Assembly: GCA_003173895.1 (NCBI GenBank)
Contig: PJMG01000021.1
Location: 12,274-76,273, forward strand
Direction: 5' to 3'
DNA length: 64,000 nucleotides
Origin: Candidatus Levyibacteriota bacterium
GTDB lineage: Bacteria; Patescibacteriota; Microgenomatia; Levybacterales; UBA12049
Below the pieces are notes generated by a model. The model did no database searches. It had not been told where the DNA came from and saw only the letters and a program-made list of their open reading frames with translations. Of the stretch, positions 21,872 through 32,385 are shown piece by piece (position 1 is the stretch's first letter; each line of letters starts with the position of its first letter). The position numbers and the translations under genes were made by a program.

Positions 21872-22564
21872 ATGAAAAATATTCTAAATGAAAAACCACT
21901 GACTAAATTAATTGGTAGATTAAAATATACAGCAAAATTTGTAAAAGATTCTGATTTAAAAAACAAAAAAGTATTAGATATTGGTTGTGGATATGGATGG
22001 TTTGAACTTAACGTGTTAAAAAGGAGAGTAAAACAAGTTGCTGGTATCGATGTAACTTCTAAAGATTTAAGTACTGCCAAAAATCATGTAAAAAATAAGA
22101 AAGCAGTTTTTAAAGTGGGTGGAGCACTTAAAATACCTTTTAAATCTAATTATTTCGATACAGTAGTTTCATGGGAAGTTATAGAACATATTCCTAAAAA
22201 TACAGAAGATGTAATGTTTAAAGAAATAAATAGAGTTTTAAAAAAGAAAGGTAAGTTTTATTTATCCACACCATATGATTCATTTCTATCAAAATATTTT
22301 GATCCAGCTTGGTGGTTAATACAGCATAGACACTATTCCAAGAATAAGTTAATTAAATTAGGACAAGACCATAATTTTAAAGTGTTAGAAATATCTATAA
22401 AAGGTAAATTTTGGAGTTTAATTGGACTTCTAAATATGTATATCTCTAAATGGCTTTTTAGACAACCATTATTTATGAGAGACGAAATTGAAAATAAAAT
22501 AGATGCAGAATATAAAGAAAAAGGTGGATTTATTGGTATATTTATAAAATATGAAAAAAAATGA
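21872..22564 (+). CDS. Class I SAM-dependent methyltransferase
   Basis: VLDIGCGYG; FDTVVSWEVIEH; LSTP. Confidence 0.88.
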   Translation: MKNILNEKPLTKLIGRLKYTAKFVKDSDLKNKKVLDIGCGYGWFELNVLKRRVKQVAGIDVTSKDLSTAKNHVKNKKAVFKVGGALKIPFKSNYFDTVVSWEVIEHIPKNTEDVMFKEINRVLKKKGKFYLSTPYDSFLSKYFDPAWWLIQHRHYSKNKLIKLGQDHNFKVLEISIKGKFWSLIGLLNMYISKWLFRQPLFMRDEIENKIDAEYKEKGGFIGIFIKYEKK

Positions 22565-23436
22565 TTAAAATTATACTATTTGGTTCTAATGGTTTTATTG
22601 GAGAAAATATATATAAATATTTTAGTAAAATTAAAGAATATCAAGTTTATGCTCCTTCTAGAAAAGAGTGTGATTTATTAAAGACTAAAAAAGTTAAAGA
22701 TTACATAAAAAAAATAAATCCTGAGATAATTATTAATGCTGCTTACATAGAAGTAAATTCTAACGTTAAACCAACTAGAAAGTATTTAAATGAAAATTTA
22801 AAAATCCCATTAAACATTTTAAAAGCTTCCAAAAATTATAAAAATATTAAGAGAATAATTTTTTTTGGTTCTGGACTAGAATATGGAGATTCTAAAAAAC
22901 CTATAGATGAAAATCATAAAGTAAATCCTAAAAATTATTATGCATATACTAAAGTTATTTGTTCTCAAGAATCTTTTAAATATGCTAAGAAGTTTAATTT
23001 ACCACTTATTTTAATAAGGCCATTTAATCTTTATGGTCCATTCGATAATAAAAGTGTTATTCATTACTTAATTAAATCAACACTTGAAAATAAAGAAATC
23101 TCTGCAACTACAGGTGAGCAAATAAGAGATTTTATGTATATTGAAGATTTAATTAATTTAATGGAAAAAGTAGTTATAAATGAAAATATTAAGAATTTAG
23201 AAATTTTTAATGCCGGATTTGGAAAAGGAATTTCGCTTAAAAATGTAACTAAAAATATTTGTAAGATTAATAAATTTAAAAAGAAGATAAAAATTTTGCC
23301 ATATAGAAAAAATGAATATTTTTATCAAATAGCAAATATTAATAAAGCTAAAAAATTATTAAAATGGGAACCGAAAACAACATTTAAAATTGGTATAAAA
23401 AAAACTATTGACTGGATAAAAGCAGTTGAGCTTTAA
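22561..23436 (+). CDS. NAD-dependent epimerase/reductase (extended SDR, NDP-sugar 4-reductase-like)
   Basis: GSNGFIG; SGLEYG; YAYTK (YxxxK); RPFNLYGP; RDFMYIED. Confidence 0.85.
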   Translation: MIKIILFGSNGFIGENIYKYFSKIKEYQVYAPSRKECDLLKTKKVKDYIKKINPEIIINAAYIEVNSNVKPTRKYLNENLKIPLNILKASKNYKNIKRIIFFGSGLEYGDSKKPIDENHKVNPKNYYAYTKVICSQESFKYAKKFNLPLILIRPFNLYGPFDNKSVIHYLIKSTLENKEISATTGEQIRDFMYIEDLINLMEKVVINENIKNLEIFNAGFGKGISLKNVTKNICKINKFKKKIKILPYRKNEYFYQIANINKAKKLLKWEPKTTFKIGIKKTIDWIKAVEL

Positions 23437-23457
23437 TATAGTATAAAATAAATTCTT

Positions 23458-24234
23458 ATGAAGACGATTATACTCTCGGGTGGTTTGGGTTACAGACTTA
23501 AAGAAGAGACAGAATTTAAACCAAAGCCAATGGTAAATATTGGTGGTAAACCAATACTTTGGCACATCATGAAAATTTATTCTCATTATGGATTTAATGA
23601 ATTTATTATTGCATTAGGTTATAAAGGAGATTATGTTAAACAATATTTTTTAAATCAAAAACAATTGATTCATGATTTTACACTTCATACTAAAACCGGT
23701 TTTACTAAAATTCATAAAAAGGGTAAAAATAATTTAGATGATTTTAAAATTACATTTGTGAATACAGGAGAAGAAACATTACCTGGAGAAAGAATATTAA
23801 AATTAAAAAATTATATATCTAAAGAGGATGATATGTTCATGGTAACTTATGGAGACGGTGTTTCAGATATAAATATAAAAGAATTAATAAGATTTCATAA
23901 AAAACAAAAAACCATAGGAACAATTACAGGTGTTCATCCAAAGAGTAAATATGGTTTATTACACTTTGGTAACAATAACGTCGTCTCTGATTTTATTGAA
24001 AAACCTGTTTTAAAAGAACGAACTAATGGCGGATTTATGGTTTTTAATAAAAAGTTTTTTAATTATTTAAAACCAGGTGAGTTAGAACATGAAGGACTAA
24101 AAAGATTAGTAAAAGAAAAACAACTATCTGTATATATACATGATGGATTTTGGCATTCTATGGATACATATAATGATGTAGATGATTTGAATAAACTCTG
24201 GAAAGAAAATCCCAGATGGAAAGTGTGGAAATAG
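23458..24234 (+). CDS. rfbF: Glucose-1-phosphate cytidylyltransferase
   Basis: ILSGGLGYRLKEET..KPKPMV.IG.KPILWHIMKIYSHYG; TYGDGVSD; HDGFWHSMDT. Confidence 0.88.
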   Translation: MKTIILSGGLGYRLKEETEFKPKPMVNIGGKPILWHIMKIYSHYGFNEFIIALGYKGDYVKQYFLNQKQLIHDFTLHTKTGFTKIHKKGKNNLDDFKITFVNTGEETLPGERILKLKNYISKEDDMFMVTYGDGVSDINIKELIRFHKKQKTIGTITGVHPKSKYGLLHFGNNNVVSDFIEKPVLKERTNGGFMVFNKKFFNYLKPGELEHEGLKRLVKEKQLSVYIHDGFWHSMDTYNDVDDLNKLWKENPRWKVWK

Positions 24235-24247
24235 TATTATTTTAAAT

Positions 24248-25351
24248 ATGGGAAATTTATTAATCAACGAAGTAGAAAAAAAAGATATTGAATATATTCT
24301 TAAAAACGCTAAAGAAGAATTTAAAATATTATCAGGTAATAAAGTTCTATTAACAGGTGCAAATGGATTTTTAGGTTACTATTTAATCAAATCAATACTA
24401 ACTTGGAATATAGAAAATCCTAAAAATAAAATTCAACTTTTTGCTTTAAGCACATTTAATTCTGGGATTCCTAAATGGATAAAATTTGCTTTAAAAACAA
24501 CAAATTTAAAAGTTCTTAAAAAAGATATAACTAAATTTAAAATTCCTACTAATTTAAAATTTGATTATATAATTCATGCAGCTTCTATTGCGTCTCCAAC
24601 TTTTTATAGACTTCATCCAATTGAAACTATTAACGCAAATGTTCAAGGTTTATATTTAATTTTAGACTATATGATAAGAAGAAAAAAAACATCACAACCT
24701 GTAAAAGGATTATTGTTTTTCTCAACTAGTGAAATCTATGGAAATCCAACTCTAGGGAACGTGCCAACTCCAGAAACCTATAATGGTAATACTTCTTGTA
24801 CTGGACCTAGAGCTTGTTATGATGAATCAAAAAGATTTTGTGAAACATTATGTGTTAACTACTCACAAGTACATAAGTTACCTATAAAAGTTGCTAGACC
24901 TTTTAATAATTATGGTCCGGGATTGAAAATCAACGATAAAAGAGTAATTCCTGATTTCGCAACTAATATTTTAAATAATCATGATATAGTTATGCTATCT
25001 GATGGTGCGCCCACTAGAACTTTTTGTTATGTTACTGATGCACTTATTGGGTACATTAAGATATTAATTAAAGGTAAAGATGGTGAAGCTTATAATATAG
25101 GTGTAGAAACACCTGAAATTTCCATGAAAAATTTGGCAATAAAAATGAAAAATTTAGGAGAAAAACATTTTAAATACAAAGGCAAAGTTATTACTGGAAA
25201 AAGTAAAGATGAAAACTATTTAACAGATAACCCACAACGTCGATGTCCTAATATTCAAAAAGCAAAAAAAAGATTAAATTATAAGCCTTCTGTTACACTT
25301 GCGGAGGGATTAATGAGTATTTTAACTTGGTATAAAGAAACATCATTATGA
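24248..25351 (+). CDS. NDP-glucuronate decarboxylase (UXS)-like extended SDR
   Basis: TGANGFLG; HAASIASP; STSEIYG; GPRACYDESKR; RTFCYV; DNPQRRCP. Confidence 0.8.
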   Translation: MGNLLINEVEKKDIEYILKNAKEEFKILSGNKVLLTGANGFLGYYLIKSILTWNIENPKNKIQLFALSTFNSGIPKWIKFALKTTNLKVLKKDITKFKIPTNLKFDYIIHAASIASPTFYRLHPIETINANVQGLYLILDYMIRRKKTSQPVKGLLFFSTSEIYGNPTLGNVPTPETYNGNTSCTGPRACYDESKRFCETLCVNYSQVHKLPIKVARPFNNYGPGLKINDKRVIPDFATNILNNHDIVMLSDGAPTRTFCYVTDALIGYIKILIKGKDGEAYNIGVETPEISMKNLAIKMKNLGEKHFKYKGKVITGKSKDENYLTDNPQRRCPNIQKAKKRLNYKPSVTLAEGLMSILTWYKETSL

Positions 25352-26682
25352 AAATAACAATAATTGGTACTGGTTATGTTGGACTTGTTACTGGTGTTTC
25401 CTTAGCTGCACTAGGACATAAAGTATATGTAGTAGGTCGTGATAAAAGTAAAATAGATAAAATTAATGCTGGGAATTCCCCTTTTTATGAACCTGGTTTA
25501 GATATTTTGTTAAAAAAAGTATTATCTAAAAAATTATTGCAGGCAACTGTAGATTTAGAAAAAAGTGTTATAACTTCAAAAGTTGTTATTATAGCTGTGG
25601 GTACACCCACTGCTGATAATAAAATTGATTTATCTCAAATAATTAAATCTTCAGAACAAATTGGTTCTGCTATAAAGAAAAGTAAAGATTATAAAGTAGT
25701 TGCTGTTAAATCTACAGTAGTGCCAACAACGACAGAAAAAGTAGTTAAGCCTCAAATTGAAAAATTATCTGGTAAAAAAATTGGTAAATTTGGTCTTTGT
25801 ATGAATCCTGAGTTTTTAAGAGAAGGACAAGCAGTAGAAGATGCTACAAAACCCGATAGAGTAGTAATTGGAGCTTATGATAAAAAAAGTGCAGAAGTTT
25901 TTCTAAAAATTTATCAAAAAGTTAAAACTCCCAAACTTATTACTAATTTACGTACTGCAGAAATGACTAAATATGCATCCAATGCTCTCTTTGCTACATT
26001 AATCAGCTACAGTAACGAAATAGCCAGAATTTGTGAAGGAATTGGAGATGTGGATGCAAAAGAAATATGGGATGGAGTTCATTTAGATAAAAGGCTTACT
26101 CCGATAGTTGGAAGAAAAAGAATAAGACCAGCAGTTAATAGTTTCATTTTTTCAGGATGTGGATATGGAGGTAGTTGTTTTCCTAAGGATACTAAAGCCC
26201 TAGCGCATTTTGCTCAAGGTATAGGAGTTGAACCACAAATAATTAAAAATGTAATTGAAGTTAATAGAACACAACCTGAAAGGATGGTTAAATTGCTTAA
26301 AAGTGTGATAAAAAACCTAAAAAACAAAAAAATAGCTATTTTAGGATTATCATTTAAACCAGAAACTGATGATTTAAGAGAATCTCCTTCAATTCCAGTA
26401 ATAAAAATGTTGTTAAAAGAAAATGCAAATGTTATAGCGCATGATCCAGCAGTTAAAGAAATAAAAGGTCTAAATATAAATTTTGCTAAAACCATAAAAG
26501 ATGCAATTAATAATGCTGATGCTATTTTACTTATGACCGCTTGGAATGAGTATAAAAAAATAAAACCAGAACTATTTAAGAAAATGACGACTAAACCACT
26601 ATTAATAGATGGGAGAAGAATTTTTGATAAGAAAGAATTTACTGATGCAGGAGTAATATATAAAGGAATAGGACTTAGTTAA
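25348..26682 (+). CDS. ugd: UDP-glucose/GDP-mannose dehydrogenase family protein
   Basis: GTGYVG; AVGTP; KSTV; NPEFLREG; GYGGSCFPKD; FKPETDDLRES. Confidence 0.88.
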   Translation: MKITIIGTGYVGLVTGVSLAALGHKVYVVGRDKSKIDKINAGNSPFYEPGLDILLKKVLSKKLLQATVDLEKSVITSKVVIIAVGTPTADNKIDLSQIIKSSEQIGSAIKKSKDYKVVAVKSTVVPTTTEKVVKPQIEKLSGKKIGKFGLCMNPEFLREGQAVEDATKPDRVVIGAYDKKSAEVFLKIYQKVKTPKLITNLRTAEMTKYASNALFATLISYSNEIARICEGIGDVDAKEIWDGVHLDKRLTPIVGRKRIRPAVNSFIFSGCGYGGSCFPKDTKALAHFAQGIGVEPQIIKNVIEVNRTQPERMVKLLKSVIKNLKNKKIAILGLSFKPETDDLRESPSIPVIKMLLKENANVIAHDPAVKEIKGLNINFAKTIKDAINNADAILLMTAWNEYKKIKPELFKKMTTKPLLIDGRRIFDKKEFTDAGVIYKGIGLS

Positions 26683-26684
26683 TA

Positions 26685-27917
26685 TTATTTTTTAGAATTT
26701 AAAAAAGGATCTAAGAATTTTGCAAATGTAGATTCTAATTTATCTAAATGTTTTTCTTCCATGCCATGATGGCAGCCTACTAAAAGTCCTCTCTCCATAA
26801 TACCATCAGTAATTGGATATCCACCCTTTATAGCTTTATGTTTAATTTTTTTAAAACCAGGTTGTTTTAATATATTACCAGTAAAAATTGGACGTGTTTG
26901 AATATTATTCCCTTCAAGATATTTAACTAATTGAATTCTAGTAAAAGGAGTATTTTTTTTAAGTGTAATTGGAAAATTCATCCACTGTGTATCGACTTCT
27001 TTATTTTGTGTAGGAAGAACTAAAAATTTTCCATATTTTTCTAAGAATTTATGTAAACGGGCAAAATTTCTTTCTCTTATCTTTTTAAATTTTGGTAATT
27101 TATCTAATTGAACGTTCCCAAAAGCAGCACACATTTCATTTCCATGTAAGTTATATCCAATATCATCAAAAATGAATTTTGCATCATATTGCAAACCATT
27201 TAATTTATAAGATAGTCTTTTTTCAATACTTTCTGATTCGCTAAAAAGTGAGGAACTTCGTCCCCAGCCTCGAAGTATTCTAGTTTTATCATAAAATTCC
27301 TTTTTATTCATCATAATCATTCCTCCATTACCTCCAGTTGTTATTATGTGTGCTCCAAAAAAACTAGTTGTAGTTAAATCTGTATAACTGCCGGTGGGTT
27401 TTCCTTTATAAGTAGCTCCAAAAGTGTCACAAGAATCTTCAACAAAATACAAATTATGTTTTTTAGCAATCTTTGCTAATTTTTCCATATCAGGTACGTT
27501 ACCGAATAGAAGTGGTACCATAATAGCTTTAGTTCTTTTCGTAATCAATTGTTCAACCTTATCTGCATCAATTATATATTTACCTTCAATTATTTCTGCA
27601 AAAACAGGAATTAACCCTTTTTGTATTAATGGAGCAACTGTAGTAGAGAAAGTGAGTATTGGAGTTATAACTTCTGATCCCTTAGGTAAATTAAGTATTT
27701 CAAATGCTAATAGATTGGCCGAAGAACCTGAGTTAACAAAAACTCCATATTTTTTACCAAAAGATTTAGGAACTCTATTTTCGAATTCATGGACTTCTTG
27801 TCCCATATTAGTTCTATGTTCTCTTAAAACCTTTAAAACTCTTTCCTCTTCTTTATCATCATGAACAGCCATTGCATATGTAATTCTTAAACTTGTAGGA
27901 TCTATAGCTTTTTTCAT
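26685..27917 (-). CDS. PLP/PMP-dependent DegT/DnrJ-family enzyme, RfbH(E1)/ColD-like 3-dehydratase
   Basis: NSGSSANL; EDSCD; SFFGAHIITT with His at the Schiff-base Lys position; TRPIFTGN. Confidence 0.8.
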   Translation of the reverse strand: MKKAIDPTSLRITYAMAVHDDKEEERVLKVLREHRTNMGQEVHEFENRVPKSFGKKYGVFVNSGSSANLLAFEILNLPKGSEVITPILTFSTTVAPLIQKGLIPVFAEIIEGKYIIDADKVEQLITKRTKAIMVPLLFGNVPDMEKLAKIAKKHNLYFVEDSCDTFGATYKGKPTGSYTDLTTTSFFGAHIITTGGNGGMIMMNKKEFYDKTRILRGWGRSSSLFSESESIEKRLSYKLNGLQYDAKFIFDDIGYNLHGNEMCAAFGNVQLDKLPKFKKIRERNFARLHKFLEKYGKFLVLPTQNKEVDTQWMNFPITLKKNTPFTRIQLVKYLEGNNIQTRPIFTGNILKQPGFKKIKHKAIKGGYPITDGIMERGLLVGCHHGMEEKHLDKLESTFAKFLDPFLNSKK

Positions 27918-28079
27918 GTAATTAAAATTATAGAAAGATTAAATGATCTTTACAAGATATCATTTATATTCTATGAATTATAATTCACTTTTGATACTAT
28001 AGTGAATATTAATAAAATTAAGGAGTAATTAAAGTTATATACTGATTTTAAAAAAATCTTAGAGAAAATAAATTTAAAA

Positions 28080-29117
28080 ATGAAAAAAATTAGCCTTTGT
28101 GTTACAGGGTATAAACGTCCTGATACTTTGAAACAACTTATTAATTCATATTTAAAACAAGATTATTCTAATAAAGAACTTATAATTTCAGATAACACAC
28201 CGGATGATACTGTTAAAAAGGCCGTACTCTCATATGAGAATAAATCAATTAAATACTTTCATAATAAAATAAATTTAGGAGTTGCTAGAAATATACTAGC
28301 TTCTATGGAAAGAGCCACTGGAGATTATTTAATTTTATTAGGTGATGATGATGCACTTCTTAATACACATGTTTTGTCAGAATATGTTAAAACTTTTGAT
28401 TCTCATCCAAAAGTAGGCTTTATATATAGTAATATGATTCAATTCTCTAATGATTTAAAAGTTCAATATATTATAAATTTTACAAATAAAAATAAACTTT
28501 TTAAAAAAGGTGAAAGTGCCATGAATAATATTTTAATTAGATCTATATTTATTGGAGGAATTGGAATCAGAAATATAAAATCGCAGTTTAAATTCTATCC
28601 TACTAAGAAGATGTTACATCCACAAGTAGAATTTATTGGAAATATTATAAATAATTATGATGCTTTTTTACTTGCAAAGAATAATATTGCTTTTAGATCT
28701 CATGAAGACCAAATAATATTTAGAGCATTAAAAGATAAGCAGGAAAGACAAGGAGGAGCTCATATGACTGTAGAGATCCCAGAAGTTTTTGAACTGTTAA
28801 CTAAAAAATATAAGTTAAACTTGAATACAGATTTAATTGTAAAGCAATTAATAGATTTACAAACAGTAATGATGCTTAAAGAAAAAAGTATCTTGGGAAA
28901 TGAGTTGATGGAAGAAAATTATAAAAAATTTTCATCACAATTTAATGTAGTTAGAAATTCTAAAAAATTTAAACTATATTTTATTCTAGCAAAAATAATT
29001 CCTGGGGAATTTATTAAAATTATTAGATTGTTAACATTAAATCTAATACCTTTTACAAATAAAACTAAATATAAAGAATTTGAAGAAAAATTAAAATTCA
29101 TGTTATCTACTCAATAA
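28080..29117 (+). CDS. GT2 glycosyltransferase
   Basis: ISDN; NLGVARN; LGDDD. Confidence 0.85.
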   Translation: MKKISLCVTGYKRPDTLKQLINSYLKQDYSNKELIISDNTPDDTVKKAVLSYENKSIKYFHNKINLGVARNILASMERATGDYLILLGDDDALLNTHVLSEYVKTFDSHPKVGFIYSNMIQFSNDLKVQYIINFTNKNKLFKKGESAMNNILIRSIFIGGIGIRNIKSQFKFYPTKKMLHPQVEFIGNIINNYDAFLLAKNNIAFRSHEDQIIFRALKDKQERQGGAHMTVEIPEVFELLTKKYKLNLNTDLIVKQLIDLQTVMMLKEKSILGNELMEENYKKFSSQFNVVRNSKKFKLYFILAKIIPGEFIKIIRLLTLNLIPFTNKTKYKEFEEKLKFMLSTQ

Positions 29118-29123
29118 GTCATT

Positions 29124-30251
29124 ATGAATATTTTAATGTTTTATAACCATCTTCATTCTCTTGATCCTGTTATTTATAAATATTTAAGAAAACAAGCAAA
29201 AATATTTACTATCTCTAAAAATAAAACTAGCGATTTTTTTATAAATAAAGATGATAATGTTAATAACAAAAAATTTAGCTCCTTTTTAAAGAAAAATAAA
29301 ATTTCTTATTTTTTATATTCAGAAAATAGTTCTTATATTCCTGATTTTTTAAATTTATTACCTAAGGAAGTTATAAAAGTAATGTTTCTTATAGATACTC
29401 ATATAAGTATTAAAAGGAGACTGCCATATTTTTCACTATTTGATTTAATATTGCTTGTAAATTTTGAACAAAAAGAAAAATTATTAAAATACAATCCTAA
29501 CATTGAAGGGCTTTTATATGGTGGAGATACAGAAACATTTTATAAAATTAACAAGTCCAAAAAAATATATAATATTACATTCGACGGAAATATTATTCCT
29601 TGGGTACATTTTCAACGTTTTATAATTTTACTTTATTTAAAAATAAATGAAATTCCAATTTTTTACACTAGCGCTAAATATAACCAATTAAATAGTATTT
29701 ATAATCAAACAAAAATTCTTCTTAACAGAAGTCCTATGGGTGGGTGGAATATGCGTTTGTTTGAAGTTTTGTCATCAGGGACTTTTTTATTAACAGATAA
29801 AACTAATAACGATATTCCCAAGATTTTTATAGATAAAAAATATTTAGTTTATTATGAATCACTTTCAGATTTAAAAAATAAAATTGAATATTATTTAACT
29901 CATGAAAAAGAAAGAAAAAAAATCGCTAATGCTGGATATAATTTTGTTAGAAAGAATTATTCTTGGGAGATGCAAATAAAAAAAATGCTTAAAATTTTTT
30001 ATGAATTTAAATTTAAAGAATTTAAAAGAGAACCATATTATTTATCATTATTTAAACTTAATACTTTTTCATTTAGGAATAAAAATATTGCTTTAAGAGA
30101 CCTAAATTTGTCTATTAAAAATAATGAGATTGATAAATATAAATATATTTATTATAGAAGTATTTGTATAATTTACCTCACAACTACTTCTATAATTATA
30201 GACATACTTAATTATTTCAGAATTAATGCAATTAAATTCTTTCAAAGATAA
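29124..30251 (+). CDS. CgeB-like GT-B glycosyltransferase (Glyco_trans_1_2)
   Basis: NMRLFEVLSSGTFLLTD; YYL.HE.ERKKIA.AG. Confidence 0.75.
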   Translation: MNILMFYNHLHSLDPVIYKYLRKQAKIFTISKNKTSDFFINKDDNVNNKKFSSFLKKNKISYFLYSENSSYIPDFLNLLPKEVIKVMFLIDTHISIKRRLPYFSLFDLILLVNFEQKEKLLKYNPNIEGLLYGGDTETFYKINKSKKIYNITFDGNIIPWVHFQRFIILLYLKINEIPIFYTSAKYNQLNSIYNQTKILLNRSPMGGWNMRLFEVLSSGTFLLTDKTNNDIPKIFIDKKYLVYYESLSDLKNKIEYYLTHEKERKKIANAGYNFVRKNYSWEMQIKKMLKIFYEFKFKEFKREPYYLSLFKLNTFSFRNKNIALRDLNLSIKNNEIDKYKYIYYRSICIIYLTTTSIIIDILNYFRINAIKFFQR

Positions 30252-30258
30252 ATAAAAT

Positions 30259-32385
30259 ATGCCTTACGTAATTTTATTATTTGTTTCTTTTTTTACTCAT
30301 TTTAGGTGGATTAATAATTTAGCTGTTTTGACATCTGGTGATTGGACAAATTTAGGCATTCAGACTTTAAAAGAATATTTAGCATTTCCATATCTTTGGG
30401 TAAGTAATGGATTTGGTTCAGTGAATATAGGAGCATCCTTTTATCCATTTAATTTAATCTATGGAATTTTAGCACATTTCAATTTAGGATATGGACTTGA
30501 TGAGCGTTTAGTCTTTTTTTGGCCAATTCTTATATTATTACCAATTTCTATTTATATACTTGTTAAAAAAATAACTGGAAATACTTTAGCTTCATTAATT
30601 GGATCTATAATTTATTCATACAATACGTATTTTTTTGAACTTCAAACTGGCCAACTTACACTTCTTATGGCTTGTGCATTATGTCCTTTAGTCTTTTCCT
30701 TTTTTATAGAACTACTTGAAACTAAAAAAATTAAATATTCTATTTATACTGCAATTGTAGGATTTATTGTAAGTTTTTATGAATTTAGAATGTTTTATAT
30801 CCTATGTTGGATATTATTTTTTTACTTAATGTACTATATTATTTTAATTGAGAAAATTCAGAATAAGCAGAAATTAATTAAAATTGTTTTTTTATCAGGC
30901 CTTTCTTTATTTATTATCTTTCTTCTAAATTTTTATTGGATTATTGGACTCTCAAAGACAGGAACTTTAACTTCAAACGCATATTTTAATAGAATTTTAT
31001 TCGGAGACGAGTTCTTAAATATAAATTACGCTATAACTCTTTTTCATCCATTTTGGACAGGAACTAAAACAGCAGTTTTTATAGTTCAAAATATTCCTTT
31101 TTACGTATGGATAATTCCAATATTTGCATTTCTAGGACTATATTTAAATAGGAAAAATAAGCAAATAGTTTTTTTTGGATTTATTTCACTTCTAGGAGTT
31201 TTTTTAACTAAACAAGTTGCTCATCCATTTATAGGAATTTATCCTTTTCTCTATAAATATTTGCCTGGTTTTAACGCATTTAGAGAAGCAAGTAAATTTT
31301 ATTTCCTAATTGCACTTGGATATTCTATCTTAATACCCGCTTTTCTTATATCTATTTGGAAAACATGGAATAAAAATAAATGGCAGAATTATAGTAAATA
31401 TATCATAACTGTTTTAATCACATTAATATTTTTGTGGAATATTAGACCAATTATTGCAGGTGATTTTCAAACAATTTTCACACCTAGAAAAATACCAAAC
31501 GACTATGTTATTCTTAATAACTTTATTTTAGATCAAAACCAATTTTTTAGAACTTTGTGGATGCCTACAGGCTCGCGTTGGTCTACATTTACTAATATAA
31601 ATCCTCAAGTTAATGATATTGATGAAGCCAATGGTAATTGGAATATATACATAAAAAATCATTTAAGTGATAAATTTACATATGGAGATATAGCTGAAGA
31701 AATTTTTAAAATTAAAAACATAAAAAATCTTTTAGATGAATCATCTATTAAATATATTATTATTCCATTGGAAGATAAAGAAAATGATGATAATTTTTTC
31801 CCAGATTTTCATAAGCCTAGAGCTGATTACATTAAAGAATTAAATAGTTTAAAAAACATGAAACCAATAAACATTGGTACAAAAGAACTTATAATATATG
31901 AAAACATTTCATATAAACCACATATATATTTAACTAATAAAAAAGAAACAATTAAAAATAATTTAAATTATAAAACAGTTCAATTCCAATATATAAATCC
32001 AACAGAGTATGATATTCAAATAAAAAATATTAATAAGCCTTTTTATCTTAATTTTACTGATAGTTTCAATCCATCTTGGAAAGTTAGAGTAGGCAAATTG
32101 AATTGGCTTACTAGTTTAATAAATAAAAATTATTTTATAAGTTCTAATTATCATAGTATGACTGATACTGGATATAATTCATTTCTAATTAATCCTAAAG
32201 TTATTTGTAAGACTACACCTTGCAAATTTAATAAGAATGGTACATATGATCTTAATTTAACACTGTATTTTTCTTCCCAGAGTTATACTTACTTTGGAAT
32301 AATTATTAGTAGTTTAACAGCATTCACAATTTTAGGATATTTAATTTTTATTATTTTAAATAATATTTATGAAAAAAATAATTAA
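30259..32385 (+). CDS. Large polytopic membrane protein, YfhO/AftD-N-like GT-C candidate with extracytoplasmic domain
   Basis: SGDW after TM1; many TM segments; PGFNAFRE..KF; FRTLWMP; C-terminal TM. Confidence 0.6.
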   Translation: MPYVILLFVSFFTHFRWINNLAVLTSGDWTNLGIQTLKEYLAFPYLWVSNGFGSVNIGASFYPFNLIYGILAHFNLGYGLDERLVFFWPILILLPISIYILVKKITGNTLASLIGSIIYSYNTYFFELQTGQLTLLMACALCPLVFSFFIELLETKKIKYSIYTAIVGFIVSFYEFRMFYILCWILFFYLMYYIILIEKIQNKQKLIKIVFLSGLSLFIIFLLNFYWIIGLSKTGTLTSNAYFNRILFGDEFLNINYAITLFHPFWTGTKTAVFIVQNIPFYVWIIPIFAFLGLYLNRKNKQIVFFGFISLLGVFLTKQVAHPFIGIYPFLYKYLPGFNAFREASKFYFLIALGYSILIPAFLISIWKTWNKNKWQNYSKYIITVLITLIFLWNIRPIIAGDFQTIFTPRKIPNDYVILNNFILDQNQFFRTLWMPTGSRWSTFTNINPQVNDIDEANGNWNIYIKNHLSDKFTYGDIAEEIFKIKNIKNLLDESSIKYIIIPLEDKENDDNFFPDFHKPRADYIKELNSLKNMKPINIGTKELIIYENISYKPHIYLTNKKETIKNNLNYKTVQFQYINPTEYDIQIKNINKPFYLNFTDSFNPSWKVRVGKLNWLTSLINKNYFISSNYHSMTDTGYNSFLINPKVICKTTPCKFNKNGTYDLNLTLYFSSQSYTYFGIIISSLTAFTILGYLIFIILNNIYEKNN

